Translations under genes and position numbers: made by a program
Shown here: piece after piece, positions 54,582 through 58,518 of the stretch
How positions within the stretch are numbered: position 1 is the stretch's first letter
Layout of the letters: every line of letters begins with the position of its first letter
Notes under the pieces: generated by a model
The model's input: the letters and a program-made list of their open reading frames with translations, nothing else
Database searches by the model: none
Told to the model about the DNA's origin: nothing
DNA from: Alphaproteobacteria bacterium
GTDB taxonomy: Bacteria; Pseudomonadota; Alphaproteobacteria; UBA11073
Direction of reading: 5' to 3'
DNA: 58,518 nucleotides
Assembly: GCA_013289145.1 (NCBI GenBank)
Contig: JABDAM010000006.1
Span: forward strand, 1-58,518

Positions 54582-55730
54582 TCAAGCGGCCAAGGCGGAC
54601 TTTCCAAAGAACTTGCGCACTTCGGTGATGATCGTGTTTTGGGTTTTTTCGTCCAGATAAGGATGGAAGGGCAGAGACAATACCTTGCACATCACGTCTT
54701 CGCTGTGGGGTAAAGCACCGCCGACGGAAGGATATTTTTTATAGGCGGGCTGGAGGTGCAGCGGGCGCGGATAATAAATCGCGGTGGGGATGCCGGCGGT
54801 TTTCAGATGTTCTTGCAGTTTTTTCCGCTGCTCCGCACCGTCCGGCAGCGTTATTGTATATTGCGCCCAGGTTGATGTGTAGCCATCCGGAACTTGCGGC
54901 GTGCCGACAATGTCTTTTAATCCGGCGGTATAACGCGGCGCGATTTTATTCCGCGCGGCGATTTCGTCTTTAAAGATTTTTAATTTTTCGAGCAGGATGG
55001 CGGCCTGGATGGTATCGAGGCGGCTGTTCATGCCGACGCGCACGTTGTCGTATTTATCCGTGCCTTGGCCATGAACGCGCAGGGAGTGCAGGATTTCAAT
55101 ATCACTTTCGTCGTTGGTAAAAATCGCACCGCCGTCGCCGTAGCAGCCGAGGGGTTTGGCGGGGAAAAAACTTGTCGTCGCAAAACGGCCCATGGAGCCG
55201 GTCGTGCGGCCTTTATAAGTGCCGCCGAAACCCTGGGCGCTGTCCATAATCAGCCATAGGTTGTTTTCATTCGCGATGTCGTTCAGCGCATCAAAATCCG
55301 CGGGCAGGCCGAACATGTCCACACCAATGATGCCACGCGGTTTGAATTTATTTTCTTTTTTGCATTCCGCAATCGCCGCGCGCAGGCTGTCCGGACACAT
55401 ATTAAACGTATCCGGATTGATATCGACAAAATATGGCGTCGCGCCAAGCCAGCAGACAACCTCAGCCGTGGCGGTAAAGGTGAATGACGGCACAAAAACC
55501 GCATCGCCAGGGCGAATGCCCAGGCGCATCAACGGCAGCGCAATCGCATCCGTGCCGTTGGCGCAGGCTACGCAAAACTTCGCACCGCAAAATTCGGCGA
55601 GTTGCTGTTCGAGGGCGCGTACTTCAGGGCCAAGAATATATTGGCCGTGTGACAGAACGCGCATAACGGAAGCTTCGATTTCAGATTTAATGCGCGCTTG
55701 CTGCGCGGCCAGGTCGATAAAGGGGATCAT
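54582..55730 (-). CDS. DegT/DnrJ/EryC1/StrS family sugar aminotransferase
   Basis: 382 aa. IPFIDL, ANGTDA, DSAQ, and SFFPAKPLGCYGDGGA with the PLP lysine. Confidence 0.9.
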   Translation of the reverse strand: MIPFIDLAAQQARIKSEIEASVMRVLSHGQYILGPEVRALEQQLAEFCGAKFCVACANGTDAIALPLMRLGIRPGDAVFVPSFTFTATAEVVCWLGATPYFVDINPDTFNMCPDSLRAAIAECKKENKFKPRGIIGVDMFGLPADFDALNDIANENNLWLIMDSAQGFGGTYKGRTTGSMGRFATTSFFPAKPLGCYGDGGAIFTNDESDIEILHSLRVHGQGTDKYDNVRVGMNSRLDTIQAAILLEKLKIFKDEIAARNKIAPRYTAGLKDIVGTPQVPDGYTSTWAQYTITLPDGAEQRKKLQEHLKTAGIPTAIYYPRPLHLQPAYKKYPSVGGALPHSEDVMCKVLSLPFHPYLDEKTQNTIITEVRKFFGKSALAA

Positions 55731-56662
55731 GCCGCCTCCAATAATTGTTCGAGAATGGTTGAAACCCGCAGCGCGTGTTCACCGCCGGTCAGCGGTTCCG
55801 CGCGGGTTTCCAGACAGGTGATGAAATGCTTCATTTCGCGCCCCAGTGGTTCATCCATCTCCAGCGCGATGGCTTGGTGCACCGCCGCGCCTTCGGGGCG
55901 GGAGAGGATTAATTTTTCATCCCAATTTTTGCCATCGTCGAAAACCAGCGCGCCGGTTTCGCCGATGACGGTGAAGCGGTGTTCTTTAAAAGGATTCAAA
56001 CGTGACAAATATAAATGCGCGGCGACTTTGCCGTAATGCAAAATCACCTTGGCAATATCGGCGTTAGGTTCTTGCAAATAACTGTAACCGCGCACGGCGA
56101 TGTCATCAGGCAAGGCGGGAATAATGCCGTCAATCATCGCCAGATCATGCGGCGCGAGGTCGGCGAGGACGCTTTCATCCGGATGGGCGGGCCAATAATG
56201 AATGCGGTGCGCGGCGATGTGGCGCACACGGCCGATCGCGCCTGCGTTGGTTTGCTCAAGTAATTTCATAAAGGCCGGATGGTAGCGCAGCAAATGGCCA
56301 ACCATCAAAATCCGTTTATTATCACGTGCGGTTTTAAGCAGGCTGTCGGCTTCGGCACGCGTCAGCGATAAAGGCTTTTCAACAAAGACATCCTTGCCTG
56401 CCTGCAATGCCGCGCCCACCAGCTCGCCATGTGTCACAACGGGCGTAACAATCGCCAAAGCGCGGTGCTCTTCTGACTTCAAGGCTTCATCTAAGCTGAC
56501 CGCGCGTACCCCGTAATTTTCGGCCAGCGCCGCCGCGCGCATCACGTCCCGGTCCGCCACGGCGCCCAGCGCGCCCAGGGCCGCCAAGTTGCGCACGATG
56601 TTTTTGCCCCAATGGCCGCAGCCGATCACGGTAATTTTAGGGCGCGAAGTGAAATTATTCAT
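55727..56662 (-). CDS. Gfo/Idh/MocA family oxidoreductase
   Basis: 311 aa. N-terminal Rossmann VIGCGHWGKN and EKPL. It overlaps the aminotransferase start by 4 nt, the usual WbpB/WbpE-like pairing. Confidence 0.85.
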   Translation of the reverse strand: MNNFTSRPKITVIGCGHWGKNIVRNLAALGALGAVADRDVMRAAALAENYGVRAVSLDEALKSEEHRALAIVTPVVTHGELVGAALQAGKDVFVEKPLSLTRAEADSLLKTARDNKRILMVGHLLRYHPAFMKLLEQTNAGAIGRVRHIAAHRIHYWPAHPDESVLADLAPHDLAMIDGIIPALPDDIAVRGYSYLQEPNADIAKVILHYGKVAAHLYLSRLNPFKEHRFTVIGETGALVFDDGKNWDEKLILSRPEGAAVHQAIALEMDEPLGREMKHFITCLETRAEPLTGGEHALRVSTILEQLLEAA

Positions 56663-56834
56663 ACCCTTGTGTTAATCTTATTCGCCCTAGCAACAAGCCC
56701 GCTCGCCATCACAAAGCGTAAGCCAGCGTTAACCCGGTTTGGGTTCCGGACTAAAAATTACAAAAAAATTTGCATGCAGGGGTATGGACGATGATTCGGT
56801 TTCACGCTAATAGCGGGTAAGAGGAGAGCATGCG

Positions 56835-58518
56835 ATGGCGTGTCAGAGGCTCAAAACGAGCGGAATTTCAAGGATTTTGGCGGCTTTAGCGGTTGTATTC
56901 GCGCTGTCTTTGCCTGCCTGGGCGGCCAATAGCGCTCCAGATGGTCCAGTTCCCGCCAGGGATCAAAATCAAGGGGAACTGCCGTCCATCAGTCCTGAAG
57001 CCCTGAATGAATTGGTGGCGGAACTCAAAGATTCCCCGCCACCTGCACTGGAAGCGCAAAAAGGCACTTCGCTGAATGATTTGCAAAGCCAGCTTGGGCC
57101 CAATGCGCGCCGTCCGGCAGCCAAAACGGCGGATGCCGATGCTGCCAGACAAACAGCGCTGGAAAAATTAAAGGCTGCCATGCAAATGGCGGCAAATAAA
57201 AATTCCGCAGATCAAAATCCGGCGGATGAAGATTTAAAGCCGTTGGATTTAGGAGGTTTGTCACCGCTGGAGGCCGCTTATTCCCGCCGCGCGGGCCAGC
57301 GCCTGGAACAATTCGGCTATGATATTTTTTCAGAGCCGGACAAATCGCGCCAACCCGCACCCGCAACGCTGGGCGATAATTATACGCTGGGTCCGGGAGA
57401 TAAAGTTTTGGTTGTCTTGCGCGGCGCGACATCGCGCAGTCAGACCTATTTGATCGGTGATGATGGGCGCATCGCGATTGATGATGTTGCGCCCGTTTCC
57501 GCGGCGGGCCGTTCTTTGCACGATGTCGCGCGCGAAATCGAAGAGGAAATTGCGGCAAAATTGTTGGACACGCAGGCCTTTGTTTCCCTGGCGCAGTTAC
57601 GTTCATTGAACATACAAGTGTTGGGCGAAGTCGCCCGGCCCGGGCGTCAAACCATGTCGGCCTATGGCGGCGTGATTGATGCGTTGAACGCCGCGGGCGG
57701 TGTGCGTAAGACAGGGTCGTTGCGGCGCATTCAATTATCGCGCGGCGACGGCACGCAGCAGATGGTTGATTTGTATCAGCTATTATTGACGGGATCTCGC
57801 GAAGTGGATGTGCAATTGAAAGACGGCGACCGCCTGTTGGTGCCGCCGATGGGCGCGACGCTGGCCGTGGCGGGGCCGATCAAGCGCGCAGGGATTTACG
57901 AATTGCCGGATAAAAATCCGGATATCACCTTGCAGCAGGCGTTATACTTGGCGGGCGAAACACATCAGCCGCAGGGCCTGCGTTTCATGCGCGTACGCAC
58001 CGACAAAGGCGGCAATGAACAATTCGTCAGCCTGATGGATCCCGACGCGGCATTATTGTCGGATCAGGATGTCATCATTGCGCAATCGCGGGGGGATGCG
58101 CCGCGGCGCGTAGTGACAGTGATGGGCAACGTGCGCGCGCCGGGGCCCGTGCCCCTGGATGAAGCGCGGACTTTATCCGCGCTGCTCGGCGACGGCGCGA
58201 ATATCGGTGACAATACTTATCCGTTAATGGGCGTGATTGAACGTACGGATCATAAAACCTTGGAGAAACAATATGTGGCATTCGATCCTGCGGCGGCTTT
58301 GACGGGCAAGGACGCGACGCCGCTCCAGGAAGGCGACAAGGTTAAATTATTTTCGCAACAAGAGGTGAAAAGCCTGACCCGGACGCCAACCGGCACGGAT
58401 AAAAGCAAGGCCGCGATGTTTGATAGCGGCAACAGCGTTGATGCGGCGCGCGATAATCTTTCCCCTACTCAGCGCGTTGTGCAGGATCATGTCGTGACAC
58501 TGAACGGCGCTGTCGCCA
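56835..58518 (+). CDS. polysaccharide export protein (Wza-like, multiple SLBB domains), 3'-partial
   Basis: Not in the ORF track because it has no stop inside the window. An ATG at 56835 follows the SD GAGGAGAG. Signal peptide ...ALSLPAWA|AN. My manual translation is open to 58518 and shows Poly_export/SLBB-like segments (YTLGPGDKVLVVLRG, VLGEVARPGRQT, DGDRLLVPP, VMGNVRAPGP). Confidence 0.75.
   Translation, partial: MACQRLKTSGISRILAALAVVFALSLPAWAANSAPDGPVPARDQNQGELPSISPEALNELVAELKDSPPPALEAQKGTSLNDLQSQLGPNARRPAAKTADADAARQTALEKLKAAMQMAANKNSADQNPADEDLKPLDLGGLSPLEAAYSRRAGQRLEQFGYDIFSEPDKSRQPAPATLGDNYTLGPGDKVLVVLRGATSRSQTYLIGDDGRIAIDDVAPVSAAGRSLHDVAREIEEEIAAKLLDTQAFVSLAQLRSLNIQVLGEVARPGRQTMSAYGGVIDALNAAGGVRKTGSLRRIQLSRGDGTQQMVDLYQLLLTGSREVDVQLKDGDRLLVPPMGATLAVAGPIKRAGIYELPDKNPDITLQQALYLAGETHQPQGLRFMRVRTDKGGNEQFVSLMDPDAALLSDQDVIIAQSRGDAPRRVVTVMGNVRAPGPVPLDEARTLSALLGDGANIGDNTYPLMGVIERTDHKTLEKQYVAFDPAAALTGKDATPLQEGDKVKLFSQQEVKSLTRTPTGTDKSKAAMFDSGNSVDAARDNLSPTQRVVQDHVVTLNGAVA

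Overview
This 58.5-kb window looks like origin-proximal chromosome from an alphaproteobacterium, judged by gene content and synteny; I cannot place it below class level. A moderately GC-rich housekeeping backbone is interrupted by several visibly AT-richer orphan ORFs.

Gene order, left to right:
- AIM24-like gene, an AT-rich orphan bracketed by inverted GC hairpins, and an ADP-ribosylglycohydrolase.
- Two divergent L,D-transpeptidases, a CMD-family protein, PhzF, purD and a cyclophilin.
- A pair of type IVb-like prepilin genes plus a membrane protein, then rpmB, DUF2336, a large orphan, and ald-lptE-holA.
- A second prepilin pair, then mnmG-rsmG-parA-[extra gene]-parB.
- Two orphans (one secreted, with an HExxH motif), mnmE, a ferredoxin, a Lys/Ala histone-H1-like protein, a KamA-like radical SAM enzyme, pyrE, a coiled-coil orphan and rho.
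- A ~550-bp non-coding region with at least 14 TTATCC/GGATAA DnaA-box cores and an almost pure A/T tract. This is my oriC candidate.
- An orphan, a PpsR-like kinase, aroE, coaE, smr, pirin, a Tim44-like protein, secB and dnaQ.
- Two membrane proteins, a PIN-like orphan, gyrB, an MFS transporter and dnaN.
- A helical-repeat orphan, a stand-alone EAL protein, and lptB/lptA/lptC/kdsD with two inserted orphans.
- rnd, a DegT aminotransferase, a Gfo/Idh/MocA oxidoreductase, and a Wza-like exporter that runs off the right edge.

I recognised no rRNA, tRNA, CRISPR array, transposase, integrase or classical defence system.

Most noteworthy observations:
1. The oriC candidate, together with two perfect parS sites inside rsmG.
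2. An MfnB/DUF556-like gene wedged inside the parA-parB operon.
3. Three families of short palindromic repeats. Some lie in frame inside conserved genes (mnmG, rsmG, parB, mnmE), reminiscent of Rickettsia palindromic elements.
4. Four paralogous type IVb-like pilins with no assembly machinery in view.

All functional calls rest on my reading of the translated ORFs and remembered family signatures. No database search was run.
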